Assembly: GCA_028023455.1 (NCBI GenBank)
Contig: JAQFVV010000005.1
Coordinates: 21,762,001-21,826,000 of the forward strand
Direction: 5' to 3'
Source: Epiperipatus broadwayi
Lineage: Eukaryota; Animalia; Onychophora
Length of the DNA: 64,000 nt
Shown one piece after another: positions 23,862-36,727 of this stretch (within the stretch, counting starts at the first letter, position 1; each line of letters starts with the position of its first letter). Both the position numbers and the translations under genes were made by a program. The notes under the pieces were generated by a model. It worked only from the letters and a program-made list of their open reading frames with translations. It made no database searches and was not told the DNA's origin.

Positions 23862-24027
23862 AAAACAAGGTAAAACTCTCCATACAGTAGTGCCAACGAG
23901 AGTAATCAGTGGATGGCATCCATTGATTACTCTGGTTGGCACAGGGTGGCACTACTGTATGTAGAGTTTTGCCTTGTTTGATAACAATTATGTGCTAGTA
24001 TAAGAGATGGTGATCATGTGATGTTTA
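23862..24027 (+). mobile_element. Family A short foldback insertion lacking the ribozyme
   Basis: ~50-bp inverted arms centred at 23916, ~49-nt tail; low-complexity TSD candidate TGATC(T)8A / TGA(T)9A. Confidence 0.8.
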
Positions 24028-26181
24028 TGATTTTTTTTTATATAAGAGAATTAATTTATAAGCTTGAGTAATCAGTAATATTTATTAAATCAAGGGTTCA
24101 GTGTACATTTATTTACAGATTATTTGTTTTTGAATATCATAATTTAATGAATACATTTTGTGACAAATTTATCAATTACATTAACTTCTAATCAGTTTTG
24201 TAAAATAAAAGGATTTTAAAATGCTATATGTGATTTTTTTTTTTGTTTTAATTCATTGTTATTGTATAGCTTGTAAATAATTATGATAGCTCTAAAATGG
24301 ATTAAAGGCACTATTTTCAATGGTTTGTCTGATTACACAGTATTAGTATTGCTTTTAATTTATTATTATATAAATTGAAGAGGTTTTAAACAGCAATTTT
24401 TCCTCAGAGAAGTTTTGAACCTTTGGCATTGGGTATACCATGTTAGCACATTACTTATAGAATACTGCACTAATCATCTTACAAAATCATTCCACTATTA
24501 GAGAATATAGATGTATAATAATATTTATTACTGTTTAATATTAATTAAAAATAATTATTGTTATTTTCATACATTGTGTATACTTATAACACCATATAAA
24601 TTTTAATTATTTGCAAAAAAGACATCTAAAAAAGATGTGCCATCTCCTTTCTCAACATATGCATGTTATGATGAGACAGCATTCTTCAGTTTTCCCAGGT
24701 TATAACTTGCCACATATCAACATTATCCTTAGTCAATGCTAAAACATCCCTCTTCATTGTGACACTATCCCCACCCTCTCCAGATAAATACTTTTAACAA
24801 TTTGTAGCAGTCATTTATTTAGATGTTTTAATTCATGTTATTAAAGTAGCATATATGAGTAAATTGGAAGTTATAAGATTTAAGTTATTACAATGAAAAA
24901 AATCGCAATGGAATTTAATTTACTCCATGTGGATGTATTTAATAATAGTAAAAATATTAATCTTTAATTAAAGTTTAAAATGTACATCTGAGTTGCAAAT
25001 AATTAATAAAAATTCTTAAGATATTTATCTGGTAAATGGGGTAGTAGTTGTAAGTGCAAGAAGTTTAACATCTAGATTAAATTTTAATAATTTGTTATTG
25101 CTAAACTGAGCAATTATAATGAAGATGTGAAAGTTTTCATACCTGGACCACATGAAGAGGGCTGGTATGAGGTGAAACAGAAAAGGTATAATTTAAACTA
25201 TTACTCATGGAAAACAGTTTGAAATAGAGTTTTCTCATGTTTAATAATAACAGATATATTGTATATTTGGGTTAGAAATGATGTGTTAGTTTCTAGCCTA
25301 ATGAATGGGGGGGGGGGGCTCACAATTGTAATGTGGGACATTTGGCACTATTAAATCATGATAATTTGAGATTATGTATATTGGATTATGTATTATATTT
25401 TAACAGGTCCTGCTCAAATATCAGGTTTTTTGGGCCTCAAATTGAGGTCCTGTGCTCGGAGGAGTTCTAGAAGCATTTTCAAATTTTTAAGAAAATTTGT
25501 GATGCCTCGGAGATATATTGCTGTGGGAAATATTTTTATTGAATTTATGTTGATTCTTTATTTTTTTATTATTGCCTGAAGCTGGTACCAGCAAAGACAA
25601 AAAGCACTGTCGAATATGAAGGGCTATTCATAAAATCTCAGAAAATATAAATAAAAAGGCAAGGGCAATTTTAAACAGATATAACACTATGCATAAGTAT
25701 TTTCTGATACTTAGATTAAATAACCAATAAAACAAATATCAACTTGTTTATTTTTGCATCACTCATAAAATTAGCATTCTGTTTACGAATAATAACTTTT
25801 CGGGAACACTATCAAGCAACTATTATACTTTATACCATCATAATTTAGCAGTGCTCAAGCAATATATTGTACGTGTGTAATTGCAAAGCAATGCATGCAG
25901 CACTGTTGTGCTCTTATGACAGTATAAAATCAACCTCATACTAAAACTTGCATATTACAAAAATTGTGTTTTAAAAAAAAAAATTGAATGAGCAAAGCAA
26001 GTTAATATTGATGATGTAATAGAAGGCAATACAAAAAATTACAGGAAATAATTAAAACTATAATTTTTTAATTACAGAGGCCAAACTCTCCATTCAGTAG
26101 TGCCACCAGTGTAAGCTAGAGTAATCAATGGATGCAAGGTTTTTGCATAAAATCCCTATCTAGTGCCTACTCATCCAATAT

Positions 26182-26222
26182 CCCCAGACTAGTGTCTAGC
26201 TTGTCACTTTAATCAATGAGGA
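26182..26222 (-). ncRNA. Inactivated hammerhead (family A)
   Basis: Core boxes mutated to TTGATTA and GACA; stems partly retained. Confidence 0.55.
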
Positions 26223-26686
26223 GCCTTTCTGAGAGCACTGCAGCTAGTTCTTAGGATCTAATGCAACCCTCCAGCAGCCACCTTTTACTTTATTAGGTAA
26301 CTATAAAGCTTTAACACCAAAATGAAAGACGCAATAATGTTTTTGATTCATGCTCTTTAGTTTGTATAGTTGCATATATCTGAAGTCAGTTCAGCATCCA
26401 TACTTTTTGGTATCTTTGGTTCTTTAATAACCACAATCACCATAATCCTATTGAGCAGGATTGGTTTTAATTAAACCACTAAACATAATATGATCACCAT
26501 TTCTTATATTTACACAAGCTGTTTACACAGAGGCTAAACTCTTCATATGATAGCGCCACCAGTGCAAGCCAGAGTAATCAATGGAAGCAAGGTTTTCATT
26601 TTGCATTCAAAGCTTTAAAGTTAGCTAATAAGGTAAAAGGTGGCTGCTGGAGTGTTGCATTAGATCCTAAGATATAGGTGCAGTGC

Positions 26687-26726
26687 TCTCACTGATGACA
26701 GCCACGAGAGAGAAACTAGTCTGGAG
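26687..26726 (+). ncRNA. Damaged hammerhead (family A)
   Basis: CTGATGA and GAAACTAGTC are intact, but stem II (CAGCCACGAGAGA) does not pair and the upstream stem I extension is deleted. Confidence 0.55.
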
Positions 26727-27068
26727 ATACCTTCTTGCACTGATGGCGCTACTGTATGGAGAATTTAGCTTCTGTGTAAACAACCTGTGTAAGCATAAGA
26801 AATGGTGATCATGTTATGTTTAGTGATTTAAAACCAATCCTGCTCAATAGGATTGTGGTGAATATGGTTATTAAAGAACCAAAGACACCAAAAAGTATGG
26901 GTGCTGAACTGAGTTCAGATCTATACAAGCTAATGAACTTGAATTGAAAACATCACTGTTTTCATTTTGCACTCAGAGCTTTATGGTTAGCTTATAAGGT
27001 AAAAGATGGTCGCTGGAAGTTTGCATTAGATCCTAAGATCTAGGTGCAGTACTCTCAGATCCAAGGCC

Positions 27069-27108
27069 CCTCTCTGATGAAAGCCACATGCTGGAAATTA
27101 GTCTGGGG
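27069..27108 (+). ncRNA. Type I hammerhead ribozyme (family A), partly degenerate
   Basis: CCTCT-CTGATGA-AAGC-CACAT-GCTG-GAAAT-TA-GTC-TGGGG; core intact, with mismatches at the bases of stems I and II. Confidence 0.7.
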
Positions 27109-27289
27109 ATATTGGATGAGTAGGCACTAGATAGAGATTTTATACAAAAACCTTCTTGCATCTATTGATTACTCTAGCTTACGCTGGTGACACTACTATA
27201 TAGAGAGCTTAGCCTCTGTGTAAATAGCTTGTGTAAGCATAAGAAATGGTAATCATTTAATTTTTTAATTTTATGTTGTTTTTAGTATA

Positions 27290-29990
27290 TGATTATTTTC
27301 AAATCATTATTAATCCACTTCAGCTTTTTGATCCATAGCTTTTATTGTCCACATCATACTAACAAATTTTCTTATTTTATCAATACATCTCACATACAGT
27401 CTCTACATTTATTACAATCTCTTGGAATCCAGATTAAGACTTCAATGGTCTATCTACTATCATCTCTTCTTGCAATATGTCTAACCCAGCTCCATTTCAG
27501 TTTCTAATTCTTTCAATGTTAGTAATGATACCTGTGTTTTCTTATCCAAGTATATTACTTTTGATCCCTTTTTGTCATTTCTAACATATGTTCTGAAGTT
27601 TCTATATTGCTTTTCTGTTAAGTGTCCAAATTTCAGATCCATAAGTAAGAACTAGTAAAACACATTATTAAAAATCTTTCTTTTCAAGAAGTTAGGCATA
27701 TTTCCTTTTAATACTAAGTTGTTTCTACCAAAAGCATTCCATCAAAATTCTGTGATTAACTTAATCCATTAATTCATCTGTATTAATAATCTGACCAAGG
27801 TAATTATAATTAATTATTTTTTATTTATAATTATTAATCTTTAATTATCTTCTGAGAAAATAATCTTTTTAGCATTTGTATTTAGTTCTACTTTCTAACT
27901 TTCATCTGAAAACTATTGCAACATTTCCTGAAACTCTGAAGCATTATTTGCAAAAACAACCACATTTGCAAAATGTAAATCTCCATGGGTTTTTTTCATT
28001 AGCTTACTATTTTTATCTACAAAATGTTTCATGTTAAACTGCTATAAAATGTTTCAGAGATATACTCTATCATACAACCTTATCAATATTAAACTTTTTA
28101 ATGTCTCTATGTAATTTAATCAATGCTGTTACATTTTGTTAAAATATTCTTCAGAATTTGACAATATCCTAGGTCTTTATTTTGATAGTTCAAAGTGTTA
28201 ATTACTGTGGAAATGTTTATAGAGTCAAATACCTTTTCATAAATACAAATTCAAAGAATGATGACAACTCATTCATCAATCCTTTCTATAACTTTCCTCA
28301 GTACTTGTATACGATCTATGCTGAAACTACTTTTAAATCTAACTTGTTCTTTTGACCGGTGTGAATCAAAAATTCCTTATAGATGAATTATAATTCTTTG
28401 TTAAAAATTGTATATAACATTGATAGAAGACTACTACATTTTCCAATCATCTGGTGTATCTTCATCATTTAGCCATTTGGTATATAGTTTCGCCAACAAT
28501 TTTTGGTGCTTATGTGTTTTCAAGTAAACCAAGATGGCAGTTGTATTTTTGATAAAGCTATAGTCCCCCACCTCCAAATGGTAACAAAAAAAATTCCTGC
28601 TAGAAAACGTATTTAATTATTACATTTTGTTTTTTATTACTGTTATTTTAAAAAAAGAAATCATTGTGGAAAAATTAATTACAGTATTTATGGTTTATTT
28701 TATTTTTTTCTGCATTAGCTTATGAACAGAAAAATGAAAAATAATTATAATATTTACATTTTATTTATGTTGATGGCATGCAATCATATCTTGATCATTA
28801 ACACATTTCTGGAAGGTGGAATCCTGTATCTTTGGAAATACTCTTCAGCATCACATTTTGTGACAGGAAGGTCCCAAATTTTTATCATCATGGTAATTTA
28901 CCAAAGAAACATGTTAAATTACGAGAATGTTAAGAGTGTCTCGGCGCTTCCCACGTTAAAACAAAAATTGAAATATAGCTTCTTAATGAAATTTATTGGT
29001 GTTTATTCCTTTTTAAATTTAACAATTGATTTATTAATTTTGTTTTAATTTAATAACTAACACATCTTTGGTAGATTATAGGCCCTCAAGACTACATTTA
29101 TCAAAAGTACAGGGAGACATACTGGTTTATTTGAACTCACAAGTACTCAGTTTATTATTTCTTCACCTCTTTTCAGATATCAATTATAATTCTATCATTT
29201 TCTAGAGAATTCCCCTTCTTAATAGATCTAATTGTATGTTTCATTATTTAAAATACTTGGTAATTCAATAGAAGTAGTAATTATAACAATTATTTTGGTT
29301 TTTTTATTATTTAGTTAACTCCTTATGGAATTTTTCCACACAATTTATAGGTCATCTTTTCTTTTTAATACTGAAACAGCTTTTCTTCTAATGTCAAGAT
29401 GTGTTATGTTTTTGAGATTTATTCTATTCTATAAATTTATTTTCTAGTTCAATTATATTTTTTTCATTTCAGTGTTGTCTCTCTTTTATATTCCAGATAT
29501 TCAATTCTTTTTAATGCTTCATTTTTAAATATTTTCATATTCCTTCTTTTCTTCATGTATTGTCTTGTGTCAATTGAAAATTTGTAGATAAATTGCTGCT
29601 TTTTATTTCAGCTAACTTTGTTGAGTTCTTAATAGATTATCATTTATCTTCTTATTGATCTCACTTAAGTTTTGAATATCATCAAAGTCTGTCTATATTT
29701 TAAAATGATTAGCAAATTCTTATTTCAGTTTATCTGAGTATTTCTGAAAATTAGGAATATCAACTGACAATTGTCTTTTTTAATAATTTTTTGTTTCTCT
29801 AGTTTTGCATTAACAGGATATCTTACTTACATCTTACTAATCCATGATCACTTTCTGTGTTCAATCTATCAAGAACATTATAACAGTTTTTCTGCAAATT
29901 TCACGAGTCTTATGTCCTCTCATTTCTGTCACCATAATCAAATTTTTACCAGCACCTCTTTCATTTTTCACTTAATTTCAAATTATATCC
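27290..29990 (-). mobile_element. Decayed RTE-clade LINE (endonuclease remnant at 29400-29990, RT and 3' end at 27290-28500), split by a TIR element
   Basis: Reverse complement is homologous to the 7335-8660 LINE; APE-like F.YGDRNER..LVKFAE and SDHGLVRC motifs near 29830-29960. Confidence 0.75.
28505..29147. mobile_element. Non-autonomous TIR element (family T), copy 1
   Basis: Homologous to 37609-38227; degenerate GGT(G/A)CTT termini; weak 8-bp TSD CAATTTTT / CAGTTTAT. Confidence 0.7.
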
Positions 29991-30473
29991 TTAAAGTTTA
30001 TTATGACAGTTATAAAATATTTGGTAGGATCAAAAGCATTTTGTATATCTACAAAAAAATGATTATCTCCTCTATCACAATAAAAACTTGTTGGGGCATA
30101 AACCTGAGGATATATGAAATATACTCCCCTTCCCATCTTTTATAAATCCCCCCCCCCTTCTTTAAAAGCAATAAGAAGTGAACTATGATTGGTATATGTG
30201 TAATGTTTGTAAATTTTTTTTAATAAAATTAATGATTTTTCGATAATAAAAAAAATTCCCCCAAATTTTCCAGGACCTTACTAATAACTTTTTCCCCGGT
30301 AGCCTCACAAAATATGTAGTCCTCCCTGTATATTAACATTCATTTATTTATGAATATTTTCATAATTTAATTTAGATATATATGCACATAGCTAATTGAT
30401 ATAAATAAAGCTAATTAAAATAATAACAGGTGTTTGGGTATTTTTGCTTTTATTTTGCAGATACTATTACGTA

Positions 30474-30499
30474 ATGGGTGACTGTAGCGATTTAGACAG
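30474..30499 (+). CDS. Possible first coding exon of a PP4 catalytic subunit (exon 30461-30499)
   Basis: TTTTGCAG acceptor, AG|GTATGT donor, ATG-initiated MGDCSDLD(R), similar to PP4C M..xSDLDR. The expected next exon (QIEQL..C) was not found in the window. Confidence 0.3.
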
Positions 30500-31699
30500 G
30501 TATGTAATGGAATTCTTTTTTAAGCTTTTATTGTTTACATTACATGATTTGTTCTCCATTAACCTACTCATATTTGTTTAAAATATTCAATAAAAAATTA
30601 TATAATGCGTTTCAATAAACCCAACTACTTAAATCTTTGATAAATTTTTCATCCACCCACTCCCCTTCCCATCTTCTATAAATCCCCTCCCCCCTTCTTT
30701 AAAAGTTAAATGATTTCAAAATCGGTTTAGAATATTGTTAATGGTATTGACTTTATTTAATACTTTTTTTTTTTTGTAAAACACATATAACTCCCACCCC
30801 CACCCAGCCTTCTATCTCTGAAGCTTATTGAATTTATATTTTATTGTATATTTTATATCGTGACCTATATTAGGTAGCTGGCTTAATAGCTGATTTTAGA
30901 ACATGAAGTTGCTGAATATTTCTCTTTGAGAAAAGTGTGTATGTGAAGGAGGGGTGGGGATTAGAGGGGAGGGGGATGGTTTAATATGTAATCATAGCCA
31001 ATGGCAGACTGAGTTAAAAAAATATTTGTTGCCAGGAGACAAAGGGGATCCACCCACATAAATGGAAAAAAGGTACAATTAAATTTTTTGCGAAATTTTT
31101 TTTTTTTTGAATTTTTAGATTTTCTTTTAATTTTAAATAAATGGGGGATATTTTTAAATAGTTTGCTTATACTGAACATTTTATACATTAACAGGTTGTT
31201 CAAAAGCATATTTCATGCAATTCACGTTATTAAGATCAATAGTTTGAATTTACTAGATACATGAAGTGCCAAAAATTTGCAAATAATGTTTATCAAATTA
31301 CTGACTTGCTGAAGAATTTTCAGTAGTCAAAAAATTAACATGAAATAATTATTACAGAATTTTATTGAGATAATTTTAAAAATTAGCATAGAATTTTACA
31401 AAGATGAATTATCATAAACATAAATTTTTGAATGAGATTTTCTTTTTGTTGTATGTTATATGTTAAATGTTTTATATTAGAATCCTATTTTGTCATTTTT
31501 AATAGTGCACATACCAAAATATATTCACCAATCATTTTATTTTTGAATCTTTTATAAAATTAACTTCTGAAAATAACAATTTATATGCATAAGTATAGCT
31601 GTCATTAGTATTTTTAAACAACTGAAGTTTCCAGAAATGTCATTCCAAGTTTTAATATTTTCTCTTCAGCATTTTTTATTATTATTATTACATTCAATA

Positions 31700-33330
31700 A
31701 TCAATCATTTTCAATAATTTCCAAGTTTCTCAAATCAACAAAGTTTTGTTTTCATATAGAGCTGAATTGAAATCAAGTAATTGCAAATTCAACTACAGTA
31801 CTTAGAGAATTTTCAAATTGAGTTTATCTGCTGATATTGAGTTTGGGTATAAAATAAATTTTGATGTTATTCAATTTGCCTGAACTAGGTTTCTCATGAG
31901 ATTCTATATCTGCAAAAAGTTTTTTTTTTTTGTATTTAGAAAATATTTAATTTGAAATAACCTCATAGTTAAAAATTTGTAATTTAGTTTCAAACATTTT
32001 GAATTAATTAAACATGATAATGACTGTTTTATTGATATCTTGCAATTTAATATTTAATTCATTTAAGTGAAAACATAAATCGGTAAAAAAAAAAAAAAAC
32101 TTCTTTCGAAAGCCATTCAGCATCTGTTGACTGTATTGTTTAATGATATTCTCATTATGTAAAAGAAGTCATAATTTCTTTTAAACATAGAACTTTTCCC
32201 TGACTTAACTATTGGATGTCATTGTATATATAATATGGGTTTATTTCATTTAATAGTTCTAGGAATTTTCATTTATTTAAAGCGTACGCAGGTATAAAAT
32301 TGTATAGTTTCGTTACAAAGTTCATAATATCTTCCATTGGCTTTAAACTAGTGCTGGCACATAAAGCCTGCTGATGTATAATGCAGTGAAAATCCAGAAT
32401 TGTATGTGAAAACATTTGACAAATAAACTGACAAAACTTTTCCTGTCTGATCATACAGTGAACGCTATCAATTGTTACTGATAAAGTTTTGGAAATGTTT
32501 ATTATTTTTTTCAATAAAAGCATTCTACAACTGTGTTGCAAATATCTATTTTGTTATTGCCAATGATGATAAACAGTTTAATTCTTCCTTGATATTGTTC
32601 CCAATATAATAACGGATAAAAATAGCTAAACAAGCTGATCCAGTTTTATGAGCAATCTCATCAAGACAAAGAGAAATGAAACTGGAATGTCTTATTATTA
32701 TTTATTTATTTTTGCTGATGGGTTATATTTTAAGCCGTTTCCAAGATTTTATCTTTTTATCATATTTTTAGACAAAGGCATATTTTCTTTGAATAATTTT
32801 ACTTTAATTTTCATAATCTTCAAAAAGAACTGGTGGACAATTTAATCATATTTTTTTTAGATATTCAATATCACCAAAAATGTTAGCAATTACATTTCAA
32901 GCACTATCACTAGCAGGAATTATATGTGACTTTCTGCCAATATATTTAATTAAGGATGGTGATTAAGTATTTCTACTTTTAATAGACATAGAATAAATTC
33001 TTTTTGTTCTTTTATTACGAAGAGATTTATGATTTGTTCGTAGTGCTGTTTTACTGACAAATTTCTGCAACATATGGTCCTTATTAATCATGCCATATTT
33101 TTCTGTCCAACAACTTTGGAATTTTCTGCTATTTGAGTCTGATAATATTTGTTTTTTTACTTACATTAGCTATGATAAGGCAAGCAGCAATTTTTTTTTT
33201 AAAAAAAAAAATGAGAAAAATCTCTTTGCAAAAATAATTTTTAAAATTCCTTAAATGTACAAATTTAATAATTACTTTTAAATCCATCCACATTGTAGCG
33301 TCTGTTTCTACACTTTGTTCCATAACTTAA
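31700..33330 (-). pseudogene. hAT Charlie/SPIN-type (GTF2IRD2-like) transposase pseudogene
   Basis: SVTIDS, FHCIIHQQALC...MEDIMNFVTKLYNFI.A.ALN, and an N-terminal KKIAACLI zinc-finger remnant; many stops. Confidence 0.8.
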
Positions 33331-33868
33331 TGCGCTTTCCACTTCCCTGACTCACTGGCAGTGCATTGTATAGTGTATTCTGGTTTCTGACATACTTATA
33401 AACACATACGTGATTAGAAATGTAGGAAGGGACATATTTATTACAAAACAGAACGCATCATAGTGAAGAAAATCAATTTTTGTTCATTTCTCATCCAAAA
33501 ATAAAATTTTCATAATAATTATTGAATAATTTTAATAAAATACAAGCTAATATCATTTATGCATGCCACCTGTAACTTGACCATAGATGCACTAGATGAT
33601 TGTGTGAATTTGTCAATAATTGCTTCTGTCTCCAATTTGTCTAACACTTCCTTTTCAGTGGATATAGCTACATATATGATTGCAATTTTTCTTCAGACAA
33701 TGAATTTCTTAGCTTTATTTTTATGCTTTTTAGCCTTAAAAATGTTTTCTCACATTGGTCTTCAGCAACTGATAGTATGCAGATAGTTTTATAAAGTTCA
33801 TAAAGATTATCATATGCCTTATGAAGTCTATTGGGTGCCAGAATTTTTAGTTTATATGATAGACAAAT

Positions 33869-34352
33869 CAAAACTCTCCATACAGTATTCCCACCCTGTG
33901 CCAACCAGAATAATCAATGAATGCCAGAAGGCTTGTGCATAAAATCCCTATCTAATGCCTACTCATCCAATATCCCCAGACTAGTTTCTGGCTTGTGCCA
34001 TCGTCAGTGAGGAGCTTTGGATCTGAGAGCACTGCACCTAGATCTTAGGATCTAATGCAACCCTCCAGCACCCACCTTTTACCTCTACTTAACTACAAAA
34101 CTATGAGAATGAAATTGAAAACACAAAAATATTTTCAACCTAAGCTCAATAGCTTATATAGTCATATGGGTCTGAACTCAGTTCAGCACCCATACATTTT
34201 GGTGTCTTTGGCTTTTTAACAACCATAGCCACCACTATCCTATTAGGCAGGATTGGTATTAAACCATTAAGTATCACATGATCACTATCTCTTATACTAG
34301 CACATAATTGTTTATAAACAATTATGTGCTAGTATAAGAGATAGTGATCATG
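33869..34352 (+). mobile_element. Family A retrozyme insertion: one full minus-sense monomer plus a 40-nt plus-sense tail
   Basis: 12-bp TSD TGATAGACAAAT at 33857 and 34353; perfect 42-bp-arm hairpin 34272-34357. Removing the insert restores the host transposase frame SKIYSICLSYKLKILAP. Confidence 0.92.
33974..34012 (-). ncRNA. Type I hammerhead ribozyme (family A), best-formed copy
   Basis: Minus strand CCTCA-CTGACGA-TGGC-ACAA-GCCA-GAAAC-TA-GTC-TGGGG; all core bases present, 4-bp stem II; predicted cleavage between 33979 and 33978. Confidence 0.92.
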
Positions 34353-36143
34353 TGATAGACAAATGCTGTAAATTTTAGACTTGTTGCAACTGGAGTGTAT
34401 ATTCTTACCATCATTAAGCAATAGCTTTAATAAATCAAAGTTTGAAACAAAAGAAAACAATTCCAATATTACTTGATCTTTGCTGGTTTGTGAAAACAGC
34501 TTAATAATATTAATATCTTCCAAGGCTTCATCTTCAAGACCCTTCTCTGCAAGTTTTAAACTTTGCTGGATTCAAGCAGGATAAATCTTTATATAATTTT
34601 TTGTGTTGTACAATTGGACAACGTATTCCATTATTAGATTAAACACATTTATTCAAAAATCAGCTGAAGAATCTGTGGAATTTCTTTCATTTACTATTCT
34701 TTTTTTGCTTCCTCTATCTTTTAACTGGCAATGTTGTTTCCAAAGGGTCAATTTCTAATGTTTGATTTTCATTCGTCTTTAATTGCCTTACTGTGAACAT
34801 TATCAAATGTTCTTGTTTGTTCTTTGTTGTAACTGAATCTGCTAAACTTTATGTAGTAAAAATATCTAAATCATCTCTCTGTAAATAATTTGATAACAGG
34901 GCTTCAATTTCAAATATATACAAGTAACTAAATACTGTGAATATTGTTTCAAACTTTAGAAGAATTTGAAGGAAAACATTTGCTTCTCATTTTCTTTTTG
35001 CATTAAACTTCTCTGAATCTTGCATGTCAATAGCTTTACAAAAGTATTGACAGTAGCATCAAAACATTCAAATATAGTTGTTGTCCTGCATTATATTTTT
35101 CTGACTATTTCATCTTACCATTTAGCTTTAATCGTTTAATTTTTTCTTATTCTAGATGTTTTCCAACAACTTCTTTCTATATAACCATTCTCTTTTATGA
35201 TGTTTCAACAAAAGTTACTAAATTCTGGAGTAACTTGCAAAAAGAAATTGCAGATGCACAACATTTTGTTGTTTCAATTAATACCAAATTCAAAACATGG
35301 GCATAGCATCATATATGAATATGATAATCTGCCATATCAGTAATTTTACTTTGTAAATCATTAGACTGGCCATGATAATTTTTAGATCCATCTGTACTAT
35401 TACATAAATATTGTTTTAGGATCAATTTTAAGATGCTGTAATGTTTTAATCATTATAGCAAAAACTCCCTATTTTGTACTATTGTTACTTGGCACTGTTG
35501 AAAATAGTTGCTCGCAGAGAACATATTGAATAATAATCCTAGGCTGATCACTGAATGAAGCATCTTGTGTTAAATCAACTTCAATAGAATAATGTTTTAC
35601 TTGAGAAACTTTATGACTAGGTTGTTTTTTTTTTATTTTAATATATTAATAGTTATTTTACTCAGGTACATAAGAAGTTCGCCATAGCCTGGGATCATAT
35701 TTGCCATCAACTGTACTATAGTTAAAAAAATTGTCATACTTCAGAATCTCATTATTCATAATATAGGCTGATTTCATTTCTATAACTGCAAAAAAAGTGT
35801 TTGCTTGTCTGACATCTTTATAATGCCTATAATTCCCATGACAGGATTCCTCTGCTTTAATACTTGTTTCTTTTTAATTATTGAAGATTGCAAAAGAATT
35901 ATCTGAGGTTCTATCATTAACCACACTGATAAATTGCTGAACATTGTTGTTGATTTGTGTAACGCCAAACTCTGACCAATACTATTCCAATCACTAAAAC
36001 CATATACACAGAGTAATGGGTTACAAATATTGGGAAACTCAAAGGCCAAACAGTATGAATAATATAAGCACTTATTTTATTTGTTATATGTTAGCCATTT
36101 TCTTGGGACTAAGTCATTCATAATTTTCCTCATCATTCAAACT

Positions 36144-36727
36144 TAGAGTGATCAGACTGGTTCGATCAAAAATCGGGACATAACGACCAATCATTTTTAC
36201 GTCATTGCGTCCTTTTTTTATAAAACTCCATTCCTTTGTATATTCATTGTTGTAAGTATACTTTCTCTTTGGCATATTGTCTATTGTTTAGGGTTATTAA
36301 TATTCATATTAATTTTTATCACAATGGAAAATATTAACAAAGAACTAGTAAAACTACACTGTCAATCAAAGCAGGTGCAAGCGCAGTTCAAATTTTAGCC
36401 TACAAAAATCCAGTTGCACATGCTTCAAGGCGAGGTTGGACATGAGAACGCATCTAGTTTGAGAACCCTGCCATATAACATAATAGCGATCTTTATTTTG
36501 TGTTAATTTGTCAGAAGTTTTTATAGTATTATTGTAGAGACTGAAATGGGTAGAGAGAGCCAAGAAACTACCATTTTTGTAATGATTTGTTTATGTAAGA
36601 CAAATAATAATTATTAGTATTTGAAAATTGGCATATACAACGGTCTCAAATAGATATTTCGGAGACACTCGGACATTATTCAAAAATAGCGACAAATCCC
36701 GAAAAATCAGGATGTCTTGTCACCCTA
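36144..36727. mobile_element. hAT (Tip100-like) MITE
   Basis: TIRs TAGAGTGATCAGAC / GTCTTGTCACCCTA; 8-bp TSD TTCAAACT / TTCAAACC. Confidence 0.8.

Larger units (their letters stand above)
26074..27257 (+). mobile_element. Family A composite insertion: ~1.15 minus-sense units joined head-to-head to ~1.5 plus-sense units
   Basis: Direct repeat offset of 453 bp in the left arm (26074/26527); junction at 26593/26594; exact 13-bp TSD TAATTTTTTAATT at 26061 and 27258. Confidence 0.9.
33560..36060 (-). pseudogene. hAT (ZMYM1-like) transposase pseudogene, interrupted by a family A retrozyme
   Basis: GFSDWNSIGQSLALHK, YSIEVDLTQD, STDGSKNYHG, and dimerisation motif LYKTICILSVAEDQCEKTFLRLKSIKIKLRNSLSEEKL. 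Confidence 0.85.

Noticed and set aside
28275-28305. CTGAGGA...GAAA on the minus strand
   Set aside because: Lies in LINE RT coding sequence, with no stem II or GUH.
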